A stretch of 64,000 nucleotides of DNA from Malacoraja senta (taxonomy: Eukaryota): assembly GCA_038087875.1 (NCBI GenBank), contig CM075991.1, positions 7,814,001 to 7,878,000 of the forward strand. Direction: 5' to 3'. Numbering within the stretch: position 1 is the stretch's first letter; the number at the start of each line of letters is the position of its first letter. Of this stretch, positions 12,716 through 25,675 are shown one piece after another. The position numbers were made by a program, and so were the translations under genes. The notes under the pieces are model-generated. The model made no database searches and had not been told where the DNA came from. It saw only the letters and a program-made list of their open reading frames with translations.

Positions 12716-13324
12716 GCAGGGAGGTTCTACTGCAGTTGTACAGGGTCTTGGTGAGGCCACACCTGGAGTATTGCGTACAGTTTTGGTCTCCTAATCTGAG
12801 GAAAGACATTCTTCCCTCTGAGTACAGAGAAGGTTCAACAGACTGATTCCTGGGATGGCAGGAATTTCATATGAGGAAAGACTGGATAGACTTGGCTTGT
12901 ACACGTTGGAATTCAGAAGACTGAGGGGGGATCTTATAGAAACGTACAAAATTCTTAAGGGGTTGGACAGGCTAGATGCAGGAAGATTATTCCCGATGTT
13001 GGGGAAGTCCAGAACTAGGGGGTCACAGTTTAAGGATAAGAGGGAAGACTTTAGGACCGAGATGAGGAAATCATTTTTTACACAGAGAGTGGTGAATCTG
13101 TGGAATTCTCTGCCACAGAAGGTAGTTGAGGCCAGTTCATTGGCTATGTTTAAGAGGGAGTTAGATGTGGCCTTTGTGGCTAAAGGGATCAGGGGGTATG
13201 GAGAGAAGGCAGGGATGGGATACTGAGTTGGATGATCAGCCATGATCATATCAAATGGCGGTGTTGGCTCGAAGGGCCGAATGGCCTACTCCTGCACTTA
13301 TTTTCTATGTTTCTATGTTTCTAT
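12716..13324 (+). mobile_element. CR1 LINE, 5'-truncated
   Basis: ORF 12855-13226, (TTCTATGT)n tail and probable TSD GAAAAGA. Confidence 0.93.
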
Positions 13325-14057
13325 GAAAAGAAGCCTGTATTTATCTCGAGTTTTGCAAGATATCCTCCAAGATGCCAAAATCCTGTCGGTGCGCAGTGAT
13401 TATAATGCATTTAAAGCTGCTTTGCCATTAATGGGAGCGTAGCAGAAAAATACTTTGTACCTTCATAAGGTTATAAGTATTTTGGGCATTTTGTTAATTA
13501 TTCTAATAGAATGCATGTCATTTACCATGGAGAGAATGAAAATAATAGAATTAATGTAGGATTTGTGCAAATGGATGGTTGGTGTGGACTTTTAAAGGGG
13601 TTGTGCTTCCATGCTTGATGTCTCTGTAACAGAGCCTCTTTGCTTCTTTAGTTACCACAGGGAGGTTTGTATTGTGATGGCTTTTAGAAGCCAATCTTTG
13701 TTTCTCCGGAGTTGCACAGTAATTATGTTTTGATAAGAGCAATGAGCTATTCATTTAAGCAGTGTAAATACTTAAATTGAAACTAGAATAATAATTTGCC
13801 TAAATATTCACCCGCTGCTTAGAGGAATCTCTGCATGGTATCCTGGTAGATGCAAGTTCCATTGGGTTCCGTGGACTTCAATGTAGGTACGATTTGGAAG
13901 GGAAATAGTGTATGCAATGGCAAGTCTGCAGTTCATTGTCTGCCACTCTTGGCACATTCATTTTAAGCAGTTTTCCCTGAATTAAATGAATAAATAATTT
14001 GGTGTCTGTTCTACGTGGCAAAGTGGCGTACAGAGTAGGGCCACCTCCAGTACCCTG

Positions 14058-14288
14058 GGTTTGAGTTTGAGTTTAGTTTATTGTCACGTGCACAGAGGTA
14101 CAGTGAAAGGCTTTTGTTGCGTGCTAACCAGACAGCTGAAAGACAATGCATGATCACAATGGAGCCGTCAACAGGTTACAAATACATGATCAAGGGAATA
14201 ATGTTCAGTTTAAGGTAAAGTCCGATATAAGATAGTCCGAGGGTCTCCAATGAGGTAGATGGTACCTCACGACTGCTCTCCAGTTGTT
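14058..14288 (-). mobile_element. Rex1/Babar-type 3' tail fragment
   Basis: On the minus strand TTTCACTGTACC..CACGTGACAATAAA; similar to 60345-60592 and 31845-31945. Confidence 0.6.
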
Positions 14289-14304
14289 CCCTGACTTTGC
14301 GTGT

Positions 14305-14630
14305 GACAATAGGTGCAGGAGTAGGCCATTCGGCCCTTCGAGCCAGCACTGCCATTCAATGTGATCACGGCTGATCATCCCCAATCAGTACCCCGTTCCT
14401 GCCTTCTTTCCATATCCCCTGACTCCGCTCTTTTTAAGAGCCCTATCTAGCTCTCTCGTGAAAGTTTCCAGAGAACCGGCCTCCACCGCCCTCTGAGGCA
14501 GAGAACTCCACAGACTCACAACTCTCTGTGAGAAAAAGTGTTTCCTCGTCTCCGTTCTAAATGGCTTACCCCTTATTCTTAAACTGTGGCCACTGGTTCT
14601 GGACTCCCCCCCAACATCGGGAACATGTTT
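14305..14630 (-). mobile_element. CR1 3' end
   Basis: ORF 14385 ...FSQRVVSLWSSLPQ...GYGKKAGTGY. Confidence 0.9.
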
Positions 14631-15356
14631 CTTGCGTGTGTGTTTGTGTGTGTTCCTGCGCTTGTGTGTGTGTGTTGTGTGATCTCCCCATCCCAATGCC
14701 TGTTCCTCCTGAGTACTCCCGTTTCTTCCCACATTCCTAAGACCCATCCGACCCATCAGTGAAGCCACTGACTGTCATCCGCCCTGCAGAGCTTGCAAGC
14801 CCTTCAAATTCGGTCTGAATGTGACTGGTCTTTGATATGTTATTGAAGCTTAAGGACTTCCTTACTTGTCTGTCTGGGGCAGCCCTCCCAAATTATAGAC
14901 CGCTAGCAAAATGTTCTTCTCTCGGTGTTCTTGTGGTATTGCTAAATTAAAATCTCTCTCCCCAAGTCCCCTGGACTGGTTGACTGCCATGAAACTTGTA
15001 AAACTTTCTCCAACTCGGCCTTCTGGAAGGTGTGAGGGTGGTTCTGCCTCACAGTTTTAGGGGCCTGGGTTTGTTCTCTACATCTGGTGCTGACTGGAGT
15101 GTTTGAGTGGTCTCCCTGGAACCGTGTGGGTTTTCCCCGGGTACTCTAGTTTCCTCCCACGTCCTAAGAACTCGCTGATGAGCCACTGGCATCAGTTACT
15201 CATCAGTGGCAAATCTGATGAGTAACTGATGCCAGGAAGTGAAGGAATGAGATCCGATGCTCTACTGCAAGCTAGAATGGATATAGTGGGCTGAATGGCC
15301 TGTCAGAATTGAATATATTCTGTTCTGCAGTAAGTAAGCTATCTTCTATACAGAAG

Positions 15357-15668
15357 GGTGGCGCATCGGTAGAGTTGCTGCCTTCCAGCGCTTACAACGC
15401 CAGAGTCCTGAGTTCGATCCCAACTACGGGTGCTTACCCGTGCGGAGTTTGCACGTTCTCCCCGTGACCTTGTGGGATTTTGCCGTGATCTTCGGTTTCC
15501 TCCCACCCTCCAAAGTCATACAGGTTTGTACTGTAAGTTAATTGGCTTGGTGTAAATGTAAATTGTCCCTAGTTTGTGCAGGATAGGTTTTAGTTCGCGG
15601 GGATCACTGGTCGGCGCGGACTCTGTGGGCCGAAGGGCCTGTTTCTGCGCTGTATCTCTAAACTAAAG
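15357..15668 (+). mobile_element. HE1 V-SINE
   Basis: Head, V-domain and tail present. Confidence 0.88.
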
Positions 15669-15991
15669 TGTGCAAGGTATTAAAGATGTGTGATCATAGT
15701 TATACATCCTGTCCTTCAGCTTCCCCTTGAGTCTTCATGCCCACTTGATGTGTAAGCAAGTTTGAAAAACGTCCACATATCATTATCTCCACCTTATCAA
15801 AGGTCACTTCTGAAGGGATGACACCAGCAATTATTCCTAATGTGTTCAGATCCCTAGTGCATTCCTGTTAGCATTTATGATTTTTTTTTTTTCCCCAAGA
15901 ATAAAAAAAACAGAAAGTGCAACAAAAAACCACTCAGCAGGTCACACATCCCCAGCAGAAAGCAAAACCACATTGACATTTAAAATCTTTA

Positions 15992-16436
15992 AGGGCCTGT
16001 CCCATGAGCATGCGACTGCATGCGGCAAGTGCGATCTAATGTGGTCGCGCTAGCCGTGCGGCCTCGCGGGGCCGGTCCCACTTCGATCGCCGGAGTTGTG
16101 CGGAGCTGGTCCTGACATCGCGCGGGGCTCCGAAAAACTGACAGTGTTCAAAAATTCCGTGTGGCAACGGCCTGCCAGCCCGCTACCGCGTGGAGGCCGC
16201 ACACAGCATCTTGACGCCGTACGTCACGCGCGAACTTCCCGCGGACTTCGCTCGAACTTCACGTCAATCACTCGACCTCCGCGTGGCCCCTGCTTCCGGT
16301 TTGGTCGCACTCGCCGCATGCAGGCGCATGTTGATGGGAACGGCCCTGTACGGGGATCACTCGACCTCCGCGCAGCCCCCGCTTCCGGTTTGGTCGCGCT
16401 TGCCGCATGCAGTCGCATGCTCGTGGGACAGGCCCT
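15992..16436. mobile_element. PIF/Harbinger-type MITE (type B)
   Basis: TIR AGGGCCTGTCCCA, TSD TTA and an internal duplication; inverted near-copy of 29954-30409. Confidence 0.88.
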
Positions 16437-16489
16437 TTAAGCTCTTTCTCATTCCACTGATGCTGTCTGACTTGCGAAGTCTTTAATTT

Positions 16490-16720
16490 AGTCCAATTTA
16501 GAAAAGTAGCGCGGAAACACACGAGGGACAATTTACATTCATACCAAAGCCAATTACCCTCAAACCTGTAAGTCTTTGGAGTGTAGGAGGAAACCGGAGC
16601 ACCTGGAGAAAACCCACGCGGTCCCAGGGAGAACACTGCGTAGTCAGGATCGAACCCATGTCTATGACGCCGAACGAGCTGTAAGGCAGCAACACTACTG
16701 CTGCGTCACCGTGCCACCCT
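16490..16720 (-). mobile_element. HE1 V-SINE with deletions
   Basis: Head and V-domain similarity. Confidence 0.8.
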
Positions 16721-16754
16721 CTTAGGTCTCTTAGTTCGTTCAAGGGACTGATTG

Positions 16755-17498
16755 TGAACTTTGGTAGGGGAAGAATGAGGACCCACAATCCTGGTTACAT
16801 CAACGGTGGAGAGGGTCAAAAACTTCAAATTCATGTGCGTGCATATTTCCAAAGATCTTTCCTGGACCCAGCACACTGATGCAGTTACAAAGAAGGCACA
16901 TCAGCGACTACTCCCTGAGAAGATTACGGAGATTCAGCATGTCAAAGAGGATTCTCCTGAACTTCTGCAGGTGCACAGTAGAGAGCACTCTGACTGGTTG
17001 CATCGTGGCCTGGTTCGGCAACTTGAACGTCCAGGAGCGGAAAAGAATGCAGAAAGTTGCGACCACTGCCCAGTCCATCACCGGCTTTGACCACCCCACC
17101 ATCGAAGGGATCTATCGAAGTCGCTGCCTCAAAAAGGCAGCCAACATCATCAAAGACCCACAACATCCTGGCCACACACTCATTTCACCATAGCCATCGG
17201 GAAGAAGGTACAGGAGCCTGAAAACTGCAACGTCCAGGTTCAGGAATAGCTGCTTCCCCACAGCCATCAGGCTATTAAACACAACAACAAATAAGCTCTG
17301 AACTGCAACAGACTACTATTATTATTGCACTATATTTGTTATTTATTGAGTATGTGTGCATGTGTATACACACACTGAGCTTTTTATCTTCTCCTGTTAT
17401 GTACTATGTTCACATATTCTGTTGTGCTGCAGCAAGTAAGAATTTCATTGTCCTATCTGGGACGCATGACAATAAAACTCTCTTGACTCTTGACTCTT
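16755..17498 (+). mobile_element. Rex1/Babar LINE 3' fragment
   Basis: LRRLRRFSMSKRILLNFCRCTVESTLTGCIVAWFGN...KDPQHPGH is a Rex1/Babar RT C-terminus; ends in a (CTCTTGA)n tail. Confidence 0.88.
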
Positions 17499-18230
17499 GG
17501 ACACCTGGACACCACTGAGGTAGATAGACTTTTGGACAAGCATGCAAGTTCAAAATGAACTGAACAGCAAGCAGCTGACAGGAGACAGCACCCCACAGAG
17601 CTGCCGGTGATCAGTCAACTTGTTTCACTCCAGTTCCTTCGCTGCCTTTTAACTTAGCTAATCATGAACTCCAATTGAACAGCTGACTGTAAACCAAGTA
17701 ATTACACAATGAAATGATGACCAAATTAACGATTCGCCATATTACAAACTTTCACTCCGCACTGTTGAATTAATTACAAAATTGCAATTAGACAGCAATT
17801 ATGATGTAGTAATTAGAAAACAAACAACAAATGGTTTGCATGCTGAGTAAAATCTCTAATCGAACCACTTCATAAATTATCGGGAGACTTGGCAAAATAC
17901 ATTTTTAAAAATTGAGAAAATGTGTTTTAACAGTTTCAATTATATATCTAAGCATGAAAATAATTGATTATATTTTGATTAAATGGAACATTTCTAAAAC
18001 TGGAGCAGATAGTGTGAAACAAGGCAATTATGAATGGGAGTTGTGCGTAGTTTGTTTTTAATGACTATTACAGTCTGTTCTTTTCGTTGATAATAGATCT
18101 CGGTCTTGTTACCAGATGTGTTTTGGACCTCTCTTCTACAGTGCTGGTGTGTTACCCAAACCTAGTGCATCTGAGCTTGCTTAGTCCATAGTGTCCTTGG
18201 GTCAAGTCAGTTAGTCACTGTATCAGAGAT

Positions 18231-18455
18231 CGGCACGGTAGCGCAGCGGTGGAGTTGCTGCCTTAAGGGCCTGTCCCACTTACGCGACCTTTACAGGCGA
18301 CTGCCGGCACCCATGATAGGTCGCCGAAATTTTCAACATGTTGTCCCTAGTGTGTGTGTGTGTAGGGTGTTCATTAATGTGCGGGGATCGCTGGTCAGTC
18401 TGGACTTGGTGGGCCAAAGGGCCAGTTTCAGCGCTGTATCTCCAAACTAAACACT
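18231..18455 (+). mobile_element. HE1 V-SINE containing a truncated MITE
   Basis: Head runs to GCCTTA, then the MITE left end, then the HE1 tail. Confidence 0.82.
18266..18343. mobile_element. PIF/Harbinger-type MITE left half (type E)
   Basis: TTA then AGGGCCTGTCCCACT...TTTTCAACATGTTG; right half lost. Confidence 0.75.
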
Positions 18456-18465
18456 AATCTAAGGA

Positions 18466-18677
18466 GGTAGACAAAAATGCTGGAGAAACTCAGCAGGTGA
18501 GGCAGCATCAATGGAGCGAAGGAATGGGTGACGTTTCGGGTCGAGACCCTTCTTCAGTCTTCACCTGAAACTAAACCCATTCCTTCTCTCCAGAGAATCT
18601 GCCTGTCCCGCTGAGTTACTCCAGCATTTTGTGTCTATCCTTGGTTTAAACCAGCATCTGCAGATCCTTCATACACA
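18466..18677. mobile_element. PLE-derived fold-back
   Basis: Inverted arms; intact hammerhead core on the minus strand. Confidence 0.8.
18527..18558 (-). ncRNA. Minimal hammerhead ribozyme motif (PLE type)
   Basis: Minus strand reads CTGAAGA-A-GGGT-CTCG-ACCC-GAAA-CG-TC. Confidence 0.65.
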
Positions 18678-19303
18678 CTTCATTCCAGTACTACTTCCTG
18701 CAAACAACACTTCCGCGATAAACATGTTCTCGGCAACTTTCATCGGCAGACTTATTAGTTTTTATCTTTGTAGATTACAATTAATGAATCTCTCCCTTCA
18801 AAAGCATCCAACTCATATTTGGCAAACCGTTGCTTCTCGAATTACAGAAGTTTAAACTCTCAGAGGGCAGAAATGGATTGGGCACTGCCTCTGAAATTTA
18901 GTTCTATCAAAATCTTGTCCAAGCTGGGTGTATTGGACTTGAAATACTGTGTGTGACTGGGATCGATTGTTATGTGTTGAGTGCTTTTTTCATCCTAAAC
19001 TTTCCCTTTCCAGAGTGTCTGATCCCCATTTCTTTATCTCCATCTTGCTCCTCTTCAGGCCCTTCGGCCCACCGTGTCCATGCCGACCAGCGATCACCCT
19101 GTGCGCTAACAATATCCTACGCCCTTGGGACAATTTACAATCGTTTTACTGAAGCCAATTGTCCTACAAACCTGTACGTCTTTGGAATGTGGGAGGAAAC
19201 CGGAGCACCAGGAGGAACCCCATGCAGGTCATGGGGAGAAAGTACAAACTCTGTACAGACAGTACCCATAGTCAGGATTGAACTTGGATCTCTGGCGCTG
19301 TAA

Positions 19304-21502
19304 TAGCCCTGTCCCACGGTGCGAGTTCATTCTAAGAGCTCTCCCGAGTTTAAAAATCACTCGTGGTAAGCACGGAGAATGAACGTAGCGGGTACGTCGG
19401 AGCTCGGGGACGTCTCTTAGCGGCTCGTAAGCTAACGGCAGGTACTCGGGAAGACTCGCTAATGGCAGGTAAGCACTGGAAGACTGTGAAGATTTTTCAA
19501 CATGTTGAAAAATGGCCACGAGAGCCCCGAGTACCGACGAGTGGCCATTACCGTAAATCTCCGAGTTCATAGATACATAGATACATAGAAAATAGGTGCA
19601 GGAGTAGGCCATTCGGCCCTTCGAGCCTGCACCGCCATTCAATATGATCATGGCTGATCATCCAACTCAGTATCCCGTACCTGCCTTCTCTCCATACCCC
19701 CTGATCCCTTTAGCCACAAGGGCCACATCTAACTCCCTCTTAAATATAGCCAATGAACTGGCCTCAACTACCCTCTGTGGCAGAGAGTTCCAGAGATTCA
19801 CCACTCTCTGTGTGAAAAAGTTTTTTCTCATCTCGGTCTTAAAGGATTTCCCCCTTATCCTTAAGCTGTGACCCCTTGTCCTGGACTTCCCCAACATCGG
19901 GAACAATCTTCCTGCATCTAGCCTGTCCAACCCCATAAGAATTTTGTACGTTTCTATAAGATCCCCTCTCAATCTCCTAAATTCTAGCGAGTATAAGCCA
20001 AGTCTATCCAGTCTTTCTTCATATGAAAGTCCTGACATCCCAGGAATCAGTCTGGTGAACCTTCTCTGCACTCCCTCTATGGCTATAATGTCCTTCCTCA
20101 GATTTGGAGACCAAAACTGTACGCATTACTCCAGGTGTGGTCTCACCAAGACCCTGTACAACTGCAGTAGAACCTCCCTGCTCCTATACTCAAATCCTTT
20201 TGCTATGAAAGCTAACATACCATTCGCTTTCTTCACTGCCTGCTGCACCTGCATGCCTACTTTCAATGACTGGTGTACCATGACACCCAGGTCTCGCTGC
20301 ATCTCCCCTTTTCCTAATCGGCCACCATTTAGATAATAGTCTGCTTTCCTGTTTTTGCCACCAAAGTGGATAACCTCACATTTATCCACATTATACTGCA
20401 TCTGCCAAACATTTGCCCACTCACCCAGCCTATCCAAGTCACCTTGCAGTCTCCTAGCATCCTCCTCACAGCTAACACTGCCCCCCAGCTTAGTGTCATC
20501 CACAAACTTGGAGATGTTGCCTTCAATTCCCTCATCCAGTTCATTAATATAAATTGTAAATAGCTGGGGTCCCAGCACTGAGCCTTGCGGTACCCCACTA
20601 GTCACTCCCTGCCATTGTGAAAAGGACCCGTTTACTCCTACTCTTTGCTTCTTGTTTGCCAGCCAGTTCTCTATCCACATCAATACTGAACCCCCAATAC
20701 CATGTGCTTTAAGTTTGTATACTAATCTCTTATGTGGGACCTTGTCGAAAGCCTTCTGAAAGTCCAGATACAACACATCCACTGGTTCTCCCCTATCCAC
20801 TCTACTAGTTACATCCTCGAAAAATTCTATAAGATTCGTTAGACATGATTTACCTTTCGTAAATCCATACTGACTTTGTCCAATGATTTCACCACTTTCC
20901 AAATGTGCTGCTATCCCATCTTTAATAACTGACTCTAGCAGTTTCCCCACTACCGATGTTAGACTAACTGGTCTGTAATTCCCCATTTTCTCTCTCCCTC
21001 CCTTCTTAAAAAGTGGGGTTACGTTTGCTACCCTCCAATCCACAGGAACTACTCCAGAATCTAAAGAGTTTTGAAAAATTATCACTAATGCATCCACTAT
21101 TTCTGGAGCTACTTCCTTCAAGTACTCTGGGATGCAGCCTATCTGGCCCTGGTGATTTATCGGCCTTTAATCCATTCAATTTACCCAACACCACTTCCCG
21201 ACTAACCTGGATTTCACTCAGTTTCTCCATCTCCTTTGACCCGCGGTCCCCTGCTATTTCCGGCAGATTATTTATGTCTTCCTTAGTGAAGACGGAACCA
21301 AAGTAGTTATTCAATTGGTCTGCCATATCCTTGTTCCCCATGATCAATTCACCTGTTTCTGACTGCAAGGGACCTACATTTGTTTTAACTAATCTCTTTC
21401 TCTTCACATATCTATAAAAACTTTTGCAGTCAGTTTTTATGTTCGAATCAGGGTAAATTCGGGAGAGCTCTTGGAATGAACTCGTACCGTGGGACAGGGG
21501 TT
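19304..21502. mobile_element. PIF/Harbinger-type MITE (type A) split by CR1
   Basis: TIR CCCTGTCCCACGGT and TSD TAA; the rejoined halves match the reverse complement of 40285-40615. Confidence 0.88.
19569..21444 (-). mobile_element. Young CR1 LINE, 5'-truncated, RT disabled
   Basis: ORFs 21006-21407, 20126-21121 and 19667-20071. Has a frameshift near 21120, a stop at 20126 and FADD changed to FVDD; GTTC at both junctions. Confidence 0.97.
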
Positions 21503-21683
21503 TAAGGCAGCAGCCCTACAGCTGCGCCACCGTGCCATCCTGGTTGCAGTCTCGGATTCAGTGGTCACTGTGAAAGTGTGAAGTCCCATTTGTCCTCCCT
21601 TTCTGGGCTCCATGTGAAGTAAGGGACAGAGCTGTGATCCGCTTTACCTTTCTGATCCCACTGTCAATCCTGGTGTAGGATTA

Positions 21684-21923
21684 AGGTCCTGTCCCACTTT
21701 CACGACCTAATTCACGACCTTTTTTACTCGAAGACATTTTTCATCAGGCTAGAAAAACTCCCCGACCTACTTGATGCCACGAGTACCTACGACTAGCATC
21801 ACGGCCTGCTACGAGTACCTACGACCTCCTACAACCTTGTGATGACCATGCTGCGAGTGAGTATGAGTCCAGGGCAAACTCGGCAGCGGTCGTGAATTAG
21901 GTTGTGAAAGTGGGACAGGCCCT
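21684..21923. mobile_element. PIF/Harbinger-type MITE (type C)
   Basis: TIR ..CCTGTCCCACTTTCACGACCTAATTCACGACC and TSD TTA; inverted copy at 61113. Confidence 0.9.
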
Positions 21924-22224
21924 TTAGGGATCCTCTCTTTGTGATGAGATTCTCAGCATGTGGATTAGGAATCAAATAGCAAGTGTTTGCTTTCAAATAT
22001 ATTGAAATTGGTTTAACATTTTTAAGAGTTTAATGTAGTTAAATAACTATTGTTAAATTAGCTACATTGATTGTAATGTGTTTTATGTCTCTGAATGTCA
22101 TTTAAAAAACGTTACCTTGCGTCATAGCCAAATATTAATTTAAAGTTGGATCCCCAACTCGAGTTAAAGCCTCTCTGTGGTGTTCCAGAGTAGAACCTCT
22201 GCACAATGCTACCAGTACGTAAGA

Positions 22225-23005
22225 TCGTGAGACCTTAATAAGGCGCTGGGCAGGCCATATGTGGAATATCGTGAGCAGTTGTGGGGCCCCATATCTGAGG
22301 AAGGACGTGCTGGCTTTGGAGAGGGTCCAGAGGAGGTTTGGACCCGGAGATGGTTGGGTTAAGATGTGAAGGAAGTTTCATGGCCCTGAGCCTGTACTCG
22401 CTGGAGTTTAGAAGGATGAGGGGAGATCTCGATGAAACCTACCGAATAATGAAAGGCCTGGATGGAGTGAATGTGTAAAGGATGTTTCCAGTAATGGGAC
22501 AGTCTAGAACCAGAGGACACTGCCTCAGACTAAATGGAGATATGGAAGAACTTCTTTAGCCAGAGGGTGGTGAATCTGTGGAATTGATTGCCACAGACAG
22601 CTGTGGAGGCCATGATGTTGGGTAATTTTAAAGCGGAGAATTGATGGGTTCGTGCTTGGGAAGGGCGTTGTTATGTGTTAAGTGCTTTCTTCATCCTGAA
22701 CGGGGATGAACTTTCCCTTTCCAAAATGTCCGACCTGCAGTTCATTTTCTCCGTCTTGCTTCTCTTCTTGTTTCCCCATTTTGAACTTTTTCTGCCTGCT
22801 CTTCATCCACTGTAAATCTTTTAATATTCTTCCTTCCTTCCCACCACCCATTCAGAAAGGGGAGTGATTTTCTTGAAACAATTGACACTGGCTGAAAATC
22901 CTTTAGCCATGATTGAAGGGGTGGGATTGATAGGTTCTTGATTAGGAAGGGCATCAAAGTTTACGGGGAGAATGGGGGTTGGGAAAATAGATCGGCCATG
23001 ATCAA
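22225..23005 (+). mobile_element. Older CR1 3' fragments
   Basis: Diverged match to the CR1 C-terminal coding region and tail. Confidence 0.7.
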
Positions 23006-23030
23006 TGTTATGATCATTGCATCGATGATC

Positions 23031-23055
<25 letters not shown>

Positions 23056-23061
<6 letters not shown>

Positions 23062-23271
23062 CAGCTCAAAGATGGATACAAAATGCTGGAGTAACTCAGC
23101 GGGACCAGCTGCATCTCTGGAGAGAAGGAATGGATGACGTTTCAGGTCAAGACTCTTCTTTAGACTGAAGAAGGGTCTCGACCCGAAACATCACCCATTC
23201 CTTCTCTCCAGAAATGGTGCCTGTCCCGCTGAGTTACTCCAGCATTTTGTGTCTATCTTTGAGCTGTATAT
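23056..23271. mobile_element. PLE-derived fold-back
   Basis: Inverted arms; plus-strand hammerhead core at 23165-23192. Confidence 0.82.
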
Positions 23272-23291
23272 CATAATCTGTAGTTATTTCT

Positions 23292-23490
<199 letters not shown>

Positions 23491-25675
23491 GTATATGTGT
23501 ATATAATGTATATATGTATCTATCTCATATGTATATATGTATATACTATCTCATATATCTCATACATCCATCTCATATATCTCATACATCTATCTCATAT
23601 ATGTGTATCTATCATATCTATATGAGATGGTTCACTGGTAGAAGAGTCTTAAGGGTGTTATGGGAGATGAGGTGCTTACGGACTTCTCACAGAGGGTGGT
23701 GAATCTCTGAAACGTTGTACCTTTAGATGGTTTTGGAATCTAGATCATTTAGGGTGTTTAAAGAGGAAGTGGTGCAATTTTTTTAACGTTCGAGAAATAG
23801 AGAGCTGTGGGTCGCAACGTCAGTCCGAGGAAGGGTCCCGATCCAAAATGTCACCTATCAATGTTCTCCAGAGATGCTGCCTGACCCGCTGAGTTACTCC
23901 AGCATTTTGTCTTTTTGTTTTGAGTGTTTGGGGGATTCACCATTGCTGAGGAAATGAGGTCTAGGGGAAGGTTTGTCGTGATATTGAACATCGGGGCTGG
24001 CTTGAGGGGCCAAATGATCTACTCTTGATCTATTTTCTTGTGTTCGTGCAGTGTTTTATTACAGTAGGTGGACATGTGTTTAACATATTATAGTGTACAA
24101 TTTATACGTCCATTTAAAACGTGGATCGTGGCTACTCAGCAAGGATCCATAAATTTTAATATAAAAACATCAGTTGTACATTCTGGTCCATAAAAAGGCA
24201 TTTGATTTAGCTATTAAGAACATTTTAAAATCAATAAAAAATCAGTTATTTTAAGGTATAATCAGTATAATAAAAGCTGCATATTTAGAGTAATTTCCAG
24301 TTGTAATATGTACATTCTTCAATCTTATAATGGGGACCTTTGCATTTACTAAAGTGCTTGTAATCTCAGAATTTTGTAGTCTCTTTATTTAAAGTTATAG
24401 TCATACAGTGTGGAAACATATCCCATCCACGCTAGTCCCACCTGCCTATATTTGGCTGATATCTCCCAGAACCTATCCTATCCATGTACCTATCTAAATG
24501 TTTTTTTATTCATTTTGATAGTACCTACCTCAACTACCTCTTCCAGCAGCTTGTTCCATATGTCCACCACCCTTTGTGATTTTAAAAAAAAGTTGCCCCT
24601 CAGATTCTTATTAAATCTTTCCCCCCTCACCTTAAACCTGTTTCTACATTTCATACATTCTGCATTTACCTAATCTATTCCTTTTGTGATCTTGCACTGG
24701 CCAATATTGTAAAGTGTAGCCTGGTTTGTTCATCCTATTCCTAATTTAAAGATTTATGCAATGGATTTAACATTTGTTGCATTTGGTAAAAATATGGAGC
24801 CTTGTGATTTTCACAATGTTAGTTAATCCTACTTAAACTCAACCAGCAAGATTTCTTTTAAGTATCATAATGATTGGGGGCCCACCTATTCTTCCCTCCA
24901 AAGATAGGCCGAGTCTCGACCCGAAACGCCACCCATTCCTTCTCTCCAGAGATGCTGCCTGTCCCGCGGAGTTACTCCAGTTTTTTGTGTCTATCTTCGG
25001 TTTAAACCAGCATCTGCAGTTTCCTTCCTACACGCTTCTCTTCCTCTGAACCAGTCATTACTGACCAGTGTAACCTGTCAAGGGGAGGGTCGATGAGAAT
25101 ATCTTCAACCTAGGAAGTGCAAGGGAACAGAGTAGAACACTGGCGCAGCGCTGAGAAAGGTGCGAAATATTAAGTGACATTTTTGCTGAAACGTGTGAAT
25201 TTCTAAAGTATCATTTAATGTGCAGGCCATTTACAGGAAAGCTGTGTCTGAGTAATTACTGGGAAATGAATCTGGAAATTAGCTTGGTGGTCTGATGGCA
25301 GATTGCTGAACATTGAACATAATATCATAACGTTTGAATTAGCTATGTGGAAGGATATGGATCGCTTCAACTCTCAATAGTCTATTGGACAAGATCCAAC
25401 TTCCAGGAGATACAAATAGATCTGATCCATGTCATTTCGAGTCAACGTTTGGCAGGCAAAACTGTGATGGAACAGTAGGGAGCTGTTAAATGAGGTGTTT
25501 CAACTGCAATCTCGGTATTTTCCCATGAGGGGGAAGAGGAGGGGAAATGGAGGCCAGGGTTCAATGGATGATCAAAAAAAATTAGTGTGCAACAGAAAGA
25601 AAGAGCTTTTGACAGATGCCAGGTTGAAAATGCAAGTGAGAACCAAGCTGATGACTGGAAGGAAATAAGAGAGGG

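Larger units (their letters stand above)
19056..21537 (-). mobile_element. HE1 V-SINE split by a MITE plus CR1 nest
   Basis: TCTGGCGCTGTAA, then the insert, then TAAGGCAGCAGC. Confidence 0.85.

Noticed and set aside
12570..13430. Possible exon ([18 protein letters not shown]...) split by CR1
   Set aside because: In-frame stops nearby, no convincing splice sites and no recognisable protein.
15175..15250. CTGATGAG as a hammerhead core
   Set aside because: No stem II or GAAA partner follows.
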